Source: Cyanophyceae cyanobacterium (GTDB lineage: Bacteria; Cyanobacteriota; Cyanobacteriia; Cyanobacteriales; JBHJGN01). From it: a stretch of DNA of 64,000 nucleotides. The stretch is from assembly GCA_050331735.1 (NCBI GenBank), contig JBHJGN010000044.1:32001-96000 (forward strand). Reading direction: 5' to 3'. Shown here piece after piece: positions 33,009 through 44,685 of this stretch; the first letter of the stretch is position 1; the number at the start of each line of letters is the position of its first letter. The notes below the pieces were generated by a model, which saw nothing but the letters and a program-made list of their open reading frames with translations, made no database searches and was not told where the DNA came from. A program made the position numbers and the translations under genes.

Positions 33009-33437
33009 TTATGAGTTCATAAAGAAAGTAGCGGGTAGGCGAAAACGTTCTCCTAATTTAATAGCCGCGTTTTTACTAATCTCTCGTTTTCCACTTAAAA
33101 CCTCAGAAGTAGTTCCCCTGGAGCCAAACACAGAAGCTAAATCGGCTTGCTTAAGATTATTGGCCTCCATTAAATATCGAAGCCTCTCTAAAGGAGTGCT
33201 TTGTGTCTTAATGAAATTTTGCTCCTCTTCGTATTTCTCGATTAAAACTACCAGTAGGTCAAAAAGCTGATCTTCTTCTGGAGATAGAATATCTTTATGC
33301 ATTAGCTCCTCTACAAGGGCTAGCGCCTCATTATACTCCTTGTCTGTGCGGATGACGTGAGGATGAGTACTGGCAAGTAAAGCGCCATAAGCATCAGAAT
33401 TAACGGCATTACTAGTTAGAGTGCTCGCACCGCCCAA
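33009..33437 (-). CDS. HigA-type antitoxin/HTH protein (start uncertain, may be 5'-truncated)
   Basis: LLVVLIEKYE, LRYLMEANNLKQADL...SEVLSGKREIS. Confidence 0.75.
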   Translation of the reverse strand: MGGASTLTSNAVNSDAYGALLASTHPHVIRTDKEYNEALALVEELMHKDILSPEEDQLFDLLVVLIEKYEEEQNFIKTQSTPLERLRYLMEANNLKQADLASVFGSRGTTSEVLSGKREISKNAAIKLGERFRLPATFFMNS

Positions 33438-33468
33438 ACACTGCGTAGTTGCAGAATGGGAGAACTTC

Positions 33469-33999
33469 CTAATTTTTCTTTCTGTATCTAAGCTGACGTT
33501 TTTTCAATTGACGAGAGTTGCGCCAGCGAGCAATCGCCCAGAGGCTGACGAAATAGCTACAGATAGAGCCAACTAAACCAACAGCCAAGCAGCCAACCAG
33601 CAAAGTTGCCACAACCATAGTGCCAGATTCAACGATGGCAGACCAAGATTGCGACTGAATATCAAGATCTTCGACCAGCAGATCGCTGCCGCCCAAGAGC
33701 AGCTTACCGATTCTAAAATTAAAGTAGTAGATTGGGACATACGTCAAAGGATTGCTAATCCAGGTTCCAGCCGCCGCTGCAATTTTGTTTCCTCGTAAGA
33801 GAACCGCGAGCAGAACACCAATAATAGTTTGGAAGCCAAAGAAGGGAAAGAACCCGGCAAAAACTCCAGCGGCAATGCCGCGAGCAATAACCTGGGGTTT
33901 GCCCCGCAAACGGCGCAGGCGGATGTACCAGTAGCGCAGAGGCTTAGACCCCCAAGAGCGACGTTTATGCTTGATTCTAGACCTTGTTTTGACAGTCAT
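33469..33999 (-). CDS. DUF2062 membrane protein
   Basis: ARGIAAGVFAGFFP, GTWISNPLT. Confidence 0.9.
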   Translation of the reverse strand: MTVKTRSRIKHKRRSWGSKPLRYWYIRLRRLRGKPQVIARGIAAGVFAGFFPFFGFQTIIGVLLAVLLRGNKIAAAAGTWISNPLTYVPIYYFNFRIGKLLLGGSDLLVEDLDIQSQSWSAIVESGTMVVATLLVGCLAVGLVGSICSYFVSLWAIARWRNSRQLKKRQLRYRKKN

Positions 34000-34096
34000 T
34001 GATAGACGTGAACGATTGAATCTGCCTCTACCCTGTTGTCATCGTACATAAGAAAAGATTAAGGATAATCAGCATTAAGCAAGAAATTAGTCAGCA

Positions 34097-35476
34097 ATGC
34101 CCAAACCAATAGTCCAAGGAGAGACCATCGCCGCGATCGCCACGGCTGTTGTGCCCCAGCAGGGCAGCATCGGGGTGGTGCGCTTATCTGGAGTAACAGC
34201 CGTGGCGATCGCTCGCTCTCTATTTAATGCCCCTGGCAAACAACCTTGGGAAACTCACCGCATCCTTTACGGCACGATTCGCCATCCGCACACCAAACAA
34301 CTGATCGACGAAGCGCTCCTCCTAATTATGAAGTCTCCTCGGTCTTTTACCCGCGAAGATGTGGTGGAGTTTCACTGCCACGGGGGAATTATGCCCGTTC
34401 AGCGCGTGCTACAACTGTGTGTTGAGTTAGGAGCCAGACTCGCCCAGCCGGGAGAATTTACCCTGCGGGCCTTCCTCAACGGACGCATCGATTTAACCCA
34501 AGCAGAAAGCATTGCCGAACTGGTGGGGGCGCAATCTCCCCAAGCGTCTGAGATGGCGCTAGCGGGCTTACAGGGCAAGCTCGCCGAACCGATTCGTCAA
34601 CTGCGGGCTACCTGCCTCGATATTTTGGCAGAAGTGGAAGCCCGCATCGACTTTGAGGACGACTTACCGCCTCTCGATGAAGTCACTGTCAGCATCAGCC
34701 TTCAGGACACGCTGAGGCAGGTCAAAGAGATCTTAGCGACTGCCCATCGCGGGGAGCTGCTGCGCAGTGGCTTAAAGGTAGCAATCGTCGGTCGTCCGAA
34801 CGTGGGTAAATCTAGCTTGCTCAATGCCTGGAGTCGAGCCGACCGCGCCATTGTCACCCCGCTTCCCGGGACGACTCGGGATGTGGTCGAAATGCAGCTA
34901 GTTGTTGGTGGCGTTCCGGTGCAGGTTCTCGATACGGCAGGCATTCGGGAGACAGCAGATACCGTCGAAAAGCTCGGGGTCGAGCGATCGCGCCATGCTG
35001 CCGCCGCTGCCGATCTTGTGCTCTTAACCATTGACGCTTCCTGGGGATGGACCGCTGAAGATGCGGAAATTTACCAGCAGGTGCAGCATCGTCCAGTTAT
35101 TTTAGTGGTCAATAAAACCGACCTCGCAGAGCCCCAAACGATTGAGTATCCCAACTCGCTCGCTCGTGTCGTTTCCACAGCGGCTGCCCTTAATCAAGGC
35201 ATCGAGCACCTAGAGCAGGCCATTTTAGCCGCTGTTAATGCGGGTCTCACTGCTGCCAATTTAGAAATTGCGATTAATCAAAGACAAGCTGCTGCCCTTA
35301 CGCGGGCAAAAGCGGCCCTAGAACAGGTCCAAGAAACCATGACTAACCAACTTCCTCTCGACTTCTGGACCATCGATCTCCGCAGTGCGATTCAAGCACT
35401 GGGAGACATTACTGGCGAAGAGGTCACAGAATCAGTTTTAGATCGGATCTTCAGCCGGTTCTGTATCGGCAAGTAA
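34097..35476 (+). CDS. mnmE: tRNA modification GTPase
   Basis: [27 protein letters not shown]. Confidence 0.98.
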   Translation: MPKPIVQGETIAAIATAVVPQQGSIGVVRLSGVTAVAIARSLFNAPGKQPWETHRILYGTIRHPHTKQLIDEALLLIMKSPRSFTREDVVEFHCHGGIMPVQRVLQLCVELGARLAQPGEFTLRAFLNGRIDLTQAESIAELVGAQSPQASEMALAGLQGKLAEPIRQLRATCLDILAEVEARIDFEDDLPPLDEVTVSISLQDTLRQVKEILATAHRGELLRSGLKVAIVGRPNVGKSSLLNAWSRADRAIVTPLPGTTRDVVEMQLVVGGVPVQVLDTAGIRETADTVEKLGVERSRHAAAAADLVLLTIDASWGWTAEDAEIYQQVQHRPVILVVNKTDLAEPQTIEYPNSLARVVSTAAALNQGIEHLEQAILAAVNAGLTAANLEIAINQRQAAALTRAKAALEQVQETMTNQLPLDFWTIDLRSAIQALGDITGEEVTESVLDRIFSRFCIGK

Positions 35477-35647
35477 CAGAATAGCTCTTTGGCGAGGTCA
35501 CACCGATTGAGAACTAGGGAAAGGGGAAGAACTCAATAGCCCTTTCCTGTTACCCGTTCCTTGGAGACTTTATTCTGTCAACCATTAACAAAATTCAACG
35601 CTTCAACGCTGACGCTCAATGAGTAGTACAACGAATAGCTAATCGCT

Positions 35648-36925
35648 TTATAGAGTTAGAGACTGCGGCTCGGTTTCAATCAGCTTGGCCAAATCCTGTA
35701 AAAAAGCAGCGGCGTTAGCTCCGTAGATAATGCGATGGTCGCAGGTGATGTTGACGCTCATCTGACGCTGAATGCCCATCATGCCGCCTTCTGTGGCGAC
35801 GACTTGAGGACGAGACGCACCGATGGCCAGGATAGAACCCTGTCCGGGAAGCAAAATGGCATCAAAGCGGTCAACGCCAAACATGCCTAAATTAGATAGC
35901 GTAAAGGTGCCGCTGCTGTATTCATCGGGCTGAAGCTGCTTAGAGCGCGATCGCTCTACTAATCCTTTCCAGGTGCGAGAGAGGGAATAAATATCAACTC
36001 GATCCGCATTCTGCAACACCGGAGTAATGAGTCCCCCGTCGGGCATGGCAACGGCAACGGCAATGTTGATAGACGAGCGGTGGTTAATGCCCTGTTCGCT
36101 GTAGCTCGCGTTGACGAGGGGATGCTTCTGCAAGGTAACGGCAACCGCCTTGGCTAGCAAAGCCGTCATCGTCACGCCTTTTGGTTTAATTTTCTGATAA
36201 AGCTGGTCTAGGGCATTGGTAGTAATGGTATAGCCGACTCGGAAAACGGGAACCTGAAGGCTGCTCACCATGTTCCGCACCACCGCCTGCTGAAGAGTAT
36301 TGAGCGGTACGGTTTCGCCAATCGGAGCAGCAGTGGGAGCCGGGGCGGTCGCAGCCGGAGCTGGTTTGGGCGCGGCGGCAGGCAAAACCGCTGGTTCAGC
36401 TTGGGGAGCCGCTGAAGGGGCAGCCTCGGTTTTACCAGAGGCTCGCTCCACATCCGCTGCCACGATTCGTCCGTGGGGTCCGCTCCCCTGGAGCGTTTCT
36501 ACTTCGACTCCCAACTGCTTAGCGAGCTTACGGGCTCTTGGCGAAACAATGATGCGCTGACCGTTGCGACTGGCAGGAGCCGGGGGAAGCGGGGTTGCTG
36601 AATCAGCCTCAGCTAATGGCTCAGGAACGGAGGCTGTTTGCTGCTGATCTGAGCTTCCCTGCTGTTTGGCCGATTCGATTTCTGCTTCCGTTTCGGCAAG
36701 CAGGGCAATCGGAGAACCAACTGCCGCATCCTGTCCGGCTTCTACTAATATCGTTGCCAAGTAGCCTTCATAAAAAGATTCTACATCCATGTCGGCTTTA
36801 TCTGACTCGACCACGACCACGGTTTCCCCTTTGGCAACGCGATCTCCTGGGGATTTCACCCATTCAACAATTTTTCCTGTCTCCATTGTGGAGCTAAGAG
36901 CAGGCATGAAAATATCGTGAATCAT
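35648..36925 (-). CDS. pdhC: Pyruvate dehydrogenase E2 dihydrolipoamide acetyltransferase
   Basis: Lipoyl domain VESDKA, E3-binding SPRARKLA...GSGPHGRI, DHRIIYG. Confidence 0.96.
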   Translation of the reverse strand: MIHDIFMPALSSTMETGKIVEWVKSPGDRVAKGETVVVVESDKADMDVESFYEGYLATILVEAGQDAAVGSPIALLAETEAEIESAKQQGSSDQQQTASVPEPLAEADSATPLPPAPASRNGQRIIVSPRARKLAKQLGVEVETLQGSGPHGRIVAADVERASGKTEAAPSAAPQAEPAVLPAAAPKPAPAATAPAPTAAPIGETVPLNTLQQAVVRNMVSSLQVPVFRVGYTITTNALDQLYQKIKPKGVTMTALLAKAVAVTLQKHPLVNASYSEQGINHRSSINIAVAVAMPDGGLITPVLQNADRVDIYSLSRTWKGLVERSRSKQLQPDEYSSGTFTLSNLGMFGVDRFDAILLPGQGSILAIGASRPQVVATEGGMMGIQRQMSVNITCDHRIIYGANAAAFLQDLAKLIETEPQSLTL

Positions 36926-37100
36926 GAAGCGGTCTTCTTAAATTACCTAAACAAGTGGTTCAATGCTATTCGACAAGAAGCGAGCGCCGTTCGCTGCTAT
37001 CGGTGCGATCGCTATTATATAGTGGTTTGTGAATTAGGAGTGTACACCAAGCCCCAAGCAGTCAGCAAACCATTAACGATCGACCGTCAACAACTCACTG

Positions 37101-37550
37101 CTACACATCGCCCCGAATTTCTTCAACAACACCATCGCGTACGACGATTTCAACATTGAGTTTTTTAACGAGATTGTCGCCTTTATCAATCCGAAAGAAG
37201 CTTTCCAGTTGTCCTTGGGCCACTTCTTGATTCAGCTCCAGGAGCTGCACCTGCTGAAGTTGCTGAAGCGCCTGATTTTTTTTCTCCAGCAGCTCGCTCT
37301 TCTTGCGATTGACCTGACCCTGAATACTTTCCATCTGCTTGGTGACTTGCGGTCCAGGCGGCTGGACGCTTTGCTTTTGGATTTCAGCTAGGGCTCGCTG
37401 TCCCTGCATCTCTAGCTGTTGGACTTGACTATCCACCTGGCTCACTTGGGTCTGAAGCTGTTGCTGGACCTCTTCTTTCCAGCGAGTCGTGACGATCACT
37501 TTGATGGTCACGGGTCTTTTTAGGAGTAAACTGGACTGTCCTTCGCTCAT
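37101..37550 (-). CDS. YlqD family protein
   Basis: LLLKRPVTIKVIVT, coiled coil, EIVVRDGVVEEIR. Confidence 0.85.
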   Translation of the reverse strand: MSEGQSSLLLKRPVTIKVIVTTRWKEEVQQQLQTQVSQVDSQVQQLEMQGQRALAEIQKQSVQPPGPQVTKQMESIQGQVNRKKSELLEKKNQALQQLQQVQLLELNQEVAQGQLESFFRIDKGDNLVKKLNVEIVVRDGVVEEIRGDV

Positions 37551-37619
37551 GGTTTGTTCCTTGCGTTGTTCACGTCTTGTTGCCTCAGTTTGAATTTAAT
37601 TGTTCGAGGAGACAACAAC

Positions 37620-39533
37620 TTATTCAAACATCCTGTTAATAATATCGTGATAGCGTTCTTTCACAACGGGACGTTTCACCTTCAGCGTTTGCGTCATGGT
37701 TCCGTCTTCAATTGAAAACGGTTCTAGAATAAACTCAAAAGGACCGATTCTGTCATCGGCGCGGTAGCCCGGGCGGTCTTTGACTTCCCGGTTGAGTTCT
37801 TGGCGGAACAAATCTCGCACCGGTTTGCTGTTTAGAGCTTGAGCATCCATCGTTGTCGAGACAGATTGCTCCTGCGCCCATTTTTGCAGCGCATCTAGGT
37901 TAGGCACAATCAGAGCGCCAAGCGATCGCTGATCTTGACCCACCACCATGATCTGGTCGATATAGGAGCTACGAGCACAGGCATCTTCAATCGGCTGCGG
38001 CTCGATGTTTTCGCCATTAGTTAGGACAATCGTATCCTTGGCTCGTCCCGTCAACACCAGATCGTTAGCAGGCGTAACCCAACCCAAGTCGCCGCTGTCG
38101 AACCAGCCTTCTTTGTCGATGGCTTTAGCCGTTGCTTCTGGCAGTTTGTAGTAGCCCTGCATCACTTGGGGACCGCGGATCAGCACCACACCTCGCTGTT
38201 CGGCAGGGAGAGGCTGGCGAGTTTGGGGGTCAGCAATGCGAATTTCTGTATCAACCAGGGGCGGACCAGCCGAACCGCGCAGATTACGCTCAAATCGGCG
38301 TACATTTGTCACGGGGGAAGTTTCGGTTAGCCCGTATCCAACTAAGATGGTTACCCCAATGATTTCGTAGAAATCATCCAGATGCCTGGCCAGAGAGCCG
38401 CCACCGCTAATCATCACGCGCACATTACCGCCAGTTGCCTCCCGCACTTTTTGATAAACCAGACGGTCAGCGAGGGCATGAAGAGGCTGAAGCGTCGCTG
38501 CTTCGAGCTGAGCCGCTAGCCGTTCAAACGCCGAAGCATGAAGCTCGTTGAGGTTTAATCCGGTCGCAGTACGCCGCACTTTGACGTAGTTTTCGGATTG
38601 TTTGAGGAGAAAATTAACGAGTTTTTGCTTGGCGGCTGGCTGTTCGCGAAACTGCTTTTGGATGCCTTCGTAAATAGATTCCCACAGTCGCGGAACCCCT
38701 ACTAGATAGTGCGGTTTGAAATCCTTAAGATCCTTTTTGATTGCTCGAATATTGGTGTAGGAAAGGGTACAGCCTTGGGAAAGCAGAAAGTATTCGCAGG
38801 AGCGCTCGTAGGCGTGCCAGCTAGGGAGAATGCTTAAAAAGCGATCGCCGGGACGCGCTTGCAGAACCGTTTTAAAGGCGTTGACCTGATGCAGCAGGTT
38901 GCCGTGAGAGAGCATTACGCCTTTGGGTTTCCCCGTTGTGCCAGAAGTGTACAGGAGAGTGGCAAGAGAATCCCGCTGCTGCGGCACCTCTTCTAGAGAA
39001 CGATCGGTTCCTAGGTTTAATAGTTGCTCGAAGTTGACGAGTCTTAAAGATTCATCTTCGCTGGTTGCGTCAGAAAGCAACACAACGAACCCAATGGGCA
39101 GCTCATCGAGCTGAGGACGCAGTTTTTCAAGCGTCTTGCTATCTTCGACGACAAGGCCAGTGCTATCGCTGTTTTCGATGATATAAAGTAATTCTTCGGA
39201 GTCAGCAGCAGACGAACGGACCACATCGACTGCCCCAGCGGCCATAATGCCCTGGTCGGCAATGAGCCAACGAGGGCTATTATCGGCAACAAGAGCGACT
39301 TTCGCTTCCGGCTGCACTCCTAATGCCTGTAATCCCGCCGCAAATTGCTGAATTTGTTGATCGAGTTGCGCATAGGTCAGCGTAACCTCTGGTTTGGCGT
39401 GAGGATCTCGCAGCGCCACCACATCACCAAACTGTTTGGCTGCCTGGGACCAAATTTGGGGCATCGATTCAGTGGCGCTATAGTCAGCGCGGGGGGAAGC
39501 AGTGGGATGCGCCTCCGAGACGGATTGTGTCAT
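37620..39533 (-). CDS. aas: Acyl-ACP synthetase / long-chain fatty acid ligase
   Basis: YTSGTTGKPKG, GYGLTE, GRAKD, TLKVKR. Confidence 0.88.
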   Translation of the reverse strand: MTQSVSEAHPTASPRADYSATESMPQIWSQAAKQFGDVVALRDPHAKPEVTLTYAQLDQQIQQFAAGLQALGVQPEAKVALVADNSPRWLIADQGIMAAGAVDVVRSSAADSEELLYIIENSDSTGLVVEDSKTLEKLRPQLDELPIGFVVLLSDATSEDESLRLVNFEQLLNLGTDRSLEEVPQQRDSLATLLYTSGTTGKPKGVMLSHGNLLHQVNAFKTVLQARPGDRFLSILPSWHAYERSCEYFLLSQGCTLSYTNIRAIKKDLKDFKPHYLVGVPRLWESIYEGIQKQFREQPAAKQKLVNFLLKQSENYVKVRRTATGLNLNELHASAFERLAAQLEAATLQPLHALADRLVYQKVREATGGNVRVMISGGGSLARHLDDFYEIIGVTILVGYGLTETSPVTNVRRFERNLRGSAGPPLVDTEIRIADPQTRQPLPAEQRGVVLIRGPQVMQGYYKLPEATAKAIDKEGWFDSGDLGWVTPANDLVLTGRAKDTIVLTNGENIEPQPIEDACARSSYIDQIMVVGQDQRSLGALIVPNLDALQKWAQEQSVSTTMDAQALNSKPVRDLFRQELNREVKDRPGYRADDRIGPFEFILEPFSIEDGTMTQTLKVKRPVVKERYHDIINRMFE

Positions 39534-39766
39534 CGCTCAATTGTTTAAATCGCTTATGACCAAGATACCCTCATCTTGACGGAGATTGTCCTAAAAGTCA
39601 TAAAAAGAGTTATGAATGTTCTGTTTTGTTGATATTACGAGAGGCGATCGCCCTGCTCAGGAGTACTCAACCATCTGATTAGCGGTTACTTGAGAAAACA
39701 GAGAGCTAAGCAGAATAATTCTCAGCAACTCTCTCGGCTGAGAATTATTCTGCTCCTGGCGCTCCT

Positions 39767-42676
39767 CTACTCGTCTTGATAAGCTTCCATCCCCTCGCAG
39801 GAGCAAACAAGATTGCGATCACCGTAGGCATTATCAATGCGTCCAACGCTAGGCCAGAACTTGTGCTCCTTGCTCCAGGAAGCCGGATAGGCGGCTTCTT
39901 GGCGGGAGTAGGGACGCTCCCAATCGTCGGTAATGAGGACGGCTGCTGGATGAGGAGCGTTCTTGAGCAGATTGTTGTGAGCATCGACCTCTCCTGTGGC
40001 GATCGCCTCAATTTCTCGCCGAATGGCAATCATCGCGTCGCAGAAGCGGTCTAGCTCCTCTTTCGACTCGCTTTCCGTTGGTTCGATCATCATCGTTCCG
40101 GCCACGGGCCACGACACGGTAGGAGCATGAAAGCCGTAGTCCATCAACCGCTTAGCAATGTCGTCTACCTCAACTCCAGCTTGCTTGCGTAAGGGGCGCA
40201 GGTCAATGATGCATTCGTGAGCAATCAGTCCCGATTCTCCCTTAAACAGAATCGGATAGTAGGGAGCGAGACGATCGGCCATGTAGTTGGCGTTGAGGAT
40301 CGCTACCTGAGTGGCTTTGGTCAGTCCGGCTGCCCCCATCATGGCAATATACATCCAGGAAATCGGCAAAATACTGGCGCTGCCCCACGGAGCCGCAGCG
40401 ATCGCCCCAATAGACTGGGGGTGAAGATTAGTCCTGGATGGCTGGAGAGAGGTCTGGGGGAGAAAGGGCGCTAGATGGGCTAAAACCCCGATCGGTCCTA
40501 CTCCCGGTCCACCACCCCCGTGAGGAATGCAGAAGGTTTTGTGCAGATTGAGATGGCAGACATCGGCTCCAAAGTCTCCCGGACGGCATAGACCTACCTG
40601 AGCGTTCATGTTGGCTCCGTCGAGATACACCTGACCGCCGTGGCGATGTACGATGTCACAAATTGTCTTGATGCCTTCTTCAAATACGCCATGAGTCGAA
40701 GGATACGTCACCATTAGGGCCGCTAGGCGATCGCTGTGCTTATCGGCTTTGGCTCTTAAGTCATCAATATCCACATTGCCTAACTCATCGCAGCGCACTG
40801 CTACCACCTTCATGCCGCACATCACCGCGCTCGCCGGGTTAGTGCCGTGAGCGGACTCAGGAATGAGGCATACCTGGCGATGTCCTTCTCCTCGTTCTTG
40901 GTGATAGCGTCGAATTACCTGCAAACCCGCGTACTCTCCCTGAGACCCAGCATTAGGCTGAAGAGAGACGGCGGCAAAGCCGGTAATTTCTGCCAGCCAG
41001 CGCTCAAGCTGCTCAAAGAGCATTTGGTAGCCTTGGGTTTGGGAGCGGGGCGCAAACGGATGAATTTTGTTAAACTCTGCCCAGGAGATTGGCAGCATTT
41101 CTGCGGCGGCGTTCAGCTTCATGGTGCAGGAGCCGAGCGGGATCATCGAGGTAGTCAGGGAGAGGTCTTTGGTTTCTAACCGATGCAGGTAGCGCAGAAG
41201 CTCGGTTTCCGAGTGATAGCGATTGAAAACCGGATCGCTTAGATAAGCACTGGTGCGCTGAAACAGGAGGGGGAGTTCTAGCCGAGCGGTGGTGAGCTCT
41301 GCCTCGATAAAAGGCAGTTCCTCTGTACCCGCAAAGAGCTGCCAGAGTTGTTGAACGTCTGCGACTGAGGTTGTTTCATCAAGGCTGATACCAACGGCGT
41401 GACGATCTAATAAACGCAGATTGATTTTCCGAACTGCTGCCGCTGCGATAATTTTCTCCGCGCCGCCGGGAATTTCGACTCGTAAGGTATCGAAGAAAGG
41501 TTCAGAGAAACTGTATCCGAGCTTGCTCAATCCGGCTGCTAACAGAAGCGTCAACTGATGAATCCGTTGGGCGATCCGCTTTAATCCCTGGGGACCATGA
41601 TAAACGGCGTAGGTAGCAGCGATGACGGCGAGGAGCACCTGAGCAGTACAGATATTGCTGGTCGCCTTGTCGCGGCGGATGTGCTGCTCTCTGGTTTGCA
41701 GAGCCAGACGCAGAGCCGGATTCCCCTGAGCATCTTTAGAAACGCCCACAATCCGTCCGGGAATTTGCCGCTTGTACGCCTCTCGCGTGGCGAAATAGGC
41801 GGCGTGAGGTCCACCGTAGCCGAGGGGAACGCCGAAGCGCTGGGTTGTGCCAACGGCAATATCGGCTCCCCATTCCCCAGGAGGAGCGAGCAGAGTCAAG
41901 CCTAACAGGTCGGCGGCCACCGTGACGAGGGCTTGGGCGGCATGAGCTTGGTCGATAAACTCCCGATAGTCATAAATTGTGCCATCGGTGGCTGGATACT
42001 GAAGCAGCGCTCCAAAAATCGGCTGCTTGAAATCGAAGTGGTGATGATCGCCCACAATCACTTCAATTCCCAAGGGGCGAGCGCGGGTGGCGATGACGGA
42101 AATAGTTTGGGGATGACAGGCTTCCGAAACAAAGAAAGCGTTCGCTTTGGTCTTACACAATCCATAGCTCATGCTCATCGCTTCAGCAGCGGCGGTGCCT
42201 TCATCGAGGAGCGAGGCGTTGGCGATTTCTAAGCCCGTGAGGTCAATGACCAGGGTTTGAAAATTGAGGAGCGCTGCTAATCTGCCTTGGGCAATTTCAG
42301 CCTGATAGGGAGTGTAAGCGGTATACCAGCCCGGATTTTCTAAAATATTACGCTGAATCACCGGAGGCGTAATGCAGTCGTGGTAGCCCATCCCGATGCA
42401 GGAGCGAAACACTTGGTTTTGAGTGGCGATCGCTTTAAGCTGGGTTAAAGCGGCATATTCTGATTGTGCTGGAGGAAGCTGCAGCGGTTGCTCTAGGCGA
42501 ATTGCTGCGGGAACGGTTTGCTCAATTAAAGCATCGAGGCTAGCAAACCCCAGCACCTTGAGCATTTGCTCGATTTCGCTCTCGCTCGGACCAAGATGCC
42601 GAGAGGCAAAAGTCTCTTCGTCTCTGTCAGTAGGGAGTGTAGCTGTTCGAGCGATAGTTGTCTCCAAATTAAGCAT
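39767..42676 (-). CDS. gcvP: Glycine dehydrogenase (P protein)
   Basis: [31 protein letters not shown]. Confidence 0.98.
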   Translation of the reverse strand: MLNLETTIARTATLPTDRDEETFASRHLGPSESEIEQMLKVLGFASLDALIEQTVPAAIRLEQPLQLPPAQSEYAALTQLKAIATQNQVFRSCIGMGYHDCITPPVIQRNILENPGWYTAYTPYQAEIAQGRLAALLNFQTLVIDLTGLEIANASLLDEGTAAAEAMSMSYGLCKTKANAFFVSEACHPQTISVIATRARPLGIEVIVGDHHHFDFKQPIFGALLQYPATDGTIYDYREFIDQAHAAQALVTVAADLLGLTLLAPPGEWGADIAVGTTQRFGVPLGYGGPHAAYFATREAYKRQIPGRIVGVSKDAQGNPALRLALQTREQHIRRDKATSNICTAQVLLAVIAATYAVYHGPQGLKRIAQRIHQLTLLLAAGLSKLGYSFSEPFFDTLRVEIPGGAEKIIAAAAVRKINLRLLDRHAVGISLDETTSVADVQQLWQLFAGTEELPFIEAELTTARLELPLLFQRTSAYLSDPVFNRYHSETELLRYLHRLETKDLSLTTSMIPLGSCTMKLNAAAEMLPISWAEFNKIHPFAPRSQTQGYQMLFEQLERWLAEITGFAAVSLQPNAGSQGEYAGLQVIRRYHQERGEGHRQVCLIPESAHGTNPASAVMCGMKVVAVRCDELGNVDIDDLRAKADKHSDRLAALMVTYPSTHGVFEEGIKTICDIVHRHGGQVYLDGANMNAQVGLCRPGDFGADVCHLNLHKTFCIPHGGGGPGVGPIGVLAHLAPFLPQTSLQPSRTNLHPQSIGAIAAAPWGSASILPISWMYIAMMGAAGLTKATQVAILNANYMADRLAPYYPILFKGESGLIAHECIIDLRPLRKQAGVEVDDIAKRLMDYGFHAPTVSWPVAGTMMIEPTESESKEELDRFCDAMIAIRREIEAIATGEVDAHNNLLKNAPHPAAVLITDDWERPYSRQEAAYPASWSKEHKFWPSVGRIDNAYGDRNLVCSCEGMEAYQDE

Positions 42677-42786
42677 AGATTAATTCCTAGAACGGTGAAG
42701 CGCGACGGTTGATATTCAGCGCCCACTGATATTTTGTAACAGATCTTTAATGGCTTTGTTATCTAGATAGCGATTCTTCAAAAAGC

Positions 42787-43182
42787 TTACTCTTCTCCTT
42801 CGACCTGAGCACGATACTCGCTTGCCGTTAAAGTATCTGCTGATTCGCTATCGGGGTCGTCAAGGCGCACTTTGAGTAACCATCCTTCTCCATAGGGGTC
42901 TTCTGCGATCGCTTCTGGGGACTCGATCATGACTTCGTTGCGCTCAATTACCGTACCGGAAACAGGCGGATAGAGGTCTTCTACGGCTTTCACCGATTCA
43001 ATCGTGCCAAAACTTTCTCCGATGGCGATCGGATCACCGACTTCGGGCAGCTCTAAAAAAACAATGTCTCCGAGCTGATCGACGGCGAAGGCGCTCACGC
43101 CAATGGTCGCAATTTCGCCATCAGAACGAACGTACTCATGACTGTCGAGATATTTCAAATCTTCTGGATATTCCAGCTCCAT
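42787..43182 (-). CDS. gcvH: Glycine cleavage system H protein
   Basis: SHEY, IESVKA lipoyl site, DPYGEGW. Confidence 0.97.
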   Translation of the reverse strand: MELEYPEDLKYLDSHEYVRSDGEIATIGVSAFAVDQLGDIVFLELPEVGDPIAIGESFGTIESVKAVEDLYPPVSGTVIERNEVMIESPEAIAEDPYGEGWLLKVRLDDPDSESADTLTASEYRAQVEGEE

Positions 43183-43504
43183 CGTTTTCCTCTCCAATAA
43201 AGCTCATGAAACTCGTGACGGTTCCTTCGTTACTATAATCTAGTCTTAATCAACTAGTCTCAATTCTCAGAAAGCAAAAGAGGGCCATCGGGAAGGAAAA
43301 AGGCAGGCCGTTCCGCTCGCTCTTCCCGTAGGTTCTCCTCCTGTGATTCGTTTCTCTTTAAAACCTTGTTGATAGGCTTCGTTTGGGGCTGGGCAGGGAC
43401 TCTTCTACAGGCTCAATCCAGCAGAATTTACTCCTCCAGGAGGGTTGGAGAAATAGAAGCAATTCGCTATCACAAAGAGGAACTTCATTACATTCAGCCA
43501 AGGC

Positions 43505-43918
43505 ATGGTTCAGTCTCAGTCGCAGGTTCCGTTAACGCTACAGCTTGACGGACTACGCAATCAGCAGGGAGTTGTTTATGTAGCTTTGTTTAACGCTCCT
43601 GAAGGCTTTCCCGACGATGGCAGTAAAGCCGTCACCGCTCAAACTTATCCAATTTCAGAGATTCCCTTGACGATTACCATCGAAGATCTGCCTTTTGGTG
43701 ACTATGCCATCACAGTTTTTCATGATGAAAACGAAGACGGGAAGCTAAACACAGGCATCTTTGGAATTCCCAAAGAAGGATTTGGCTTTTCTGATGACCC
43801 GATGATTTTGGGAGGACCACCATCGTTTAAGCAGGCTAGCTTTTTCTTTTCACCAGACAACCGCCATCTTCAAATATCGATGAAGTACCTGACGCCCGGA
43901 AAATCATCAGGGAGCTAG
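43505..43918 (+). CDS. DUF2141 protein
   Basis: GDYAITVFHDENEDG, GIPKEGFGFS. Confidence 0.88.
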   Translation: MVQSQSQVPLTLQLDGLRNQQGVVYVALFNAPEGFPDDGSKAVTAQTYPISEIPLTITIEDLPFGDYAITVFHDENEDGKLNTGIFGIPKEGFGFSDDPMILGGPPSFKQASFFFSPDNRHLQISMKYLTPGKSSGS

Positions 43919-44685
43919 TACCCCCCTAGTCTTCCCTGTTTTTTAGCGATTCTTTCTGCTCGCCGGAACAGACTTAGTCCCAGCGCTAGGTAGAGACCAC
44001 CGTTGAGAAGTGCGATCGCACACTCCATCCCGCTGAGGCTGCCAGAGCGAGCCATCAACTCTCGCAGCATCCCGGCTCCGAGGGTCATGGGCAGCAGCAG
44101 CCGGAGCCACTGCAAAACTCCGGTCCAGGTTTCTGTGGGAGCCATCAGCAGAAACACCAGACCCAACTGAAGCAGGCTCAGCAGTTGACTAATCCGCTTG
44201 AAGAGAAGAGCGGTAGCAGCCAGCATAAACGCGAGTCCGTAGGCTCCGAGCAGCACCGTCACGAGCGGCAGCAGCAGGCTCGGGGGAAAGCTCAAGCGTC
44301 GCCCGGTCAGGAGGAGAGTTAACAGCAGTACCATCCCGTTTAAGACGAGCCGTAGAGTCAGGCTCGCCAAAGCTCGCGTTAGAAATACCCGGCGCGTACC
44401 GTAGGGCGAGAGAAACACTTGTTCTAGAGTTCCTGTCTGGGCTTCAATTTGCAGACCGAAGGTAATTTCGTTGACGATAAACACAATCAGACTCCAAAGG
44501 ATGTAGCCCACGACAATAGCATCGAGGCGATCGCCAAACTGCACGGCGGGACCAGAGACATACTGGACGCTCGCGAACAGAGCGTAGAAAATCAGGGTCG
44601 TAATAAACACAACGCTCAGTGCATCCACCGGATAGCGGATAAACTCAGTCCAGATGCGTTTTAGTTCAGCCAGGAATAGCTCCAT
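43915..44685 (-). CDS. ABC-2 type exporter permease
   Basis: About six TM segments, EAQTGTLEQ motif; overlaps the ATPase gene. Confidence 0.85.
   Translation of the reverse strand: MELFLAELKRIWTEFIRYPVDALSVVFITTLIFYALFASVQYVSGPAVQFGDRLDAIVVGYILWSLIVFIVNEITFGLQIEAQTGTLEQVFLSPYGTRRVFLTRALASLTLRLVLNGMVLLLTLLLTGRRLSFPPSLLLPLVTVLLGAYGLAFMLAATALLFKRISQLLSLLQLGLVFLLMAPTETWTGVLQWLRLLLPMTLGAGMLRELMARSGSLSGMECAIALLNGGLYLALGLSLFRRAERIAKKQGRLGGY

Noticed and set aside
43200..43345. Possible glycine riboswitch upstream of gcvH
   Set aside because: A hairpin exists, but the GGAGA/CCGAAG/CTCTCAGG core motifs are absent on the coding strand
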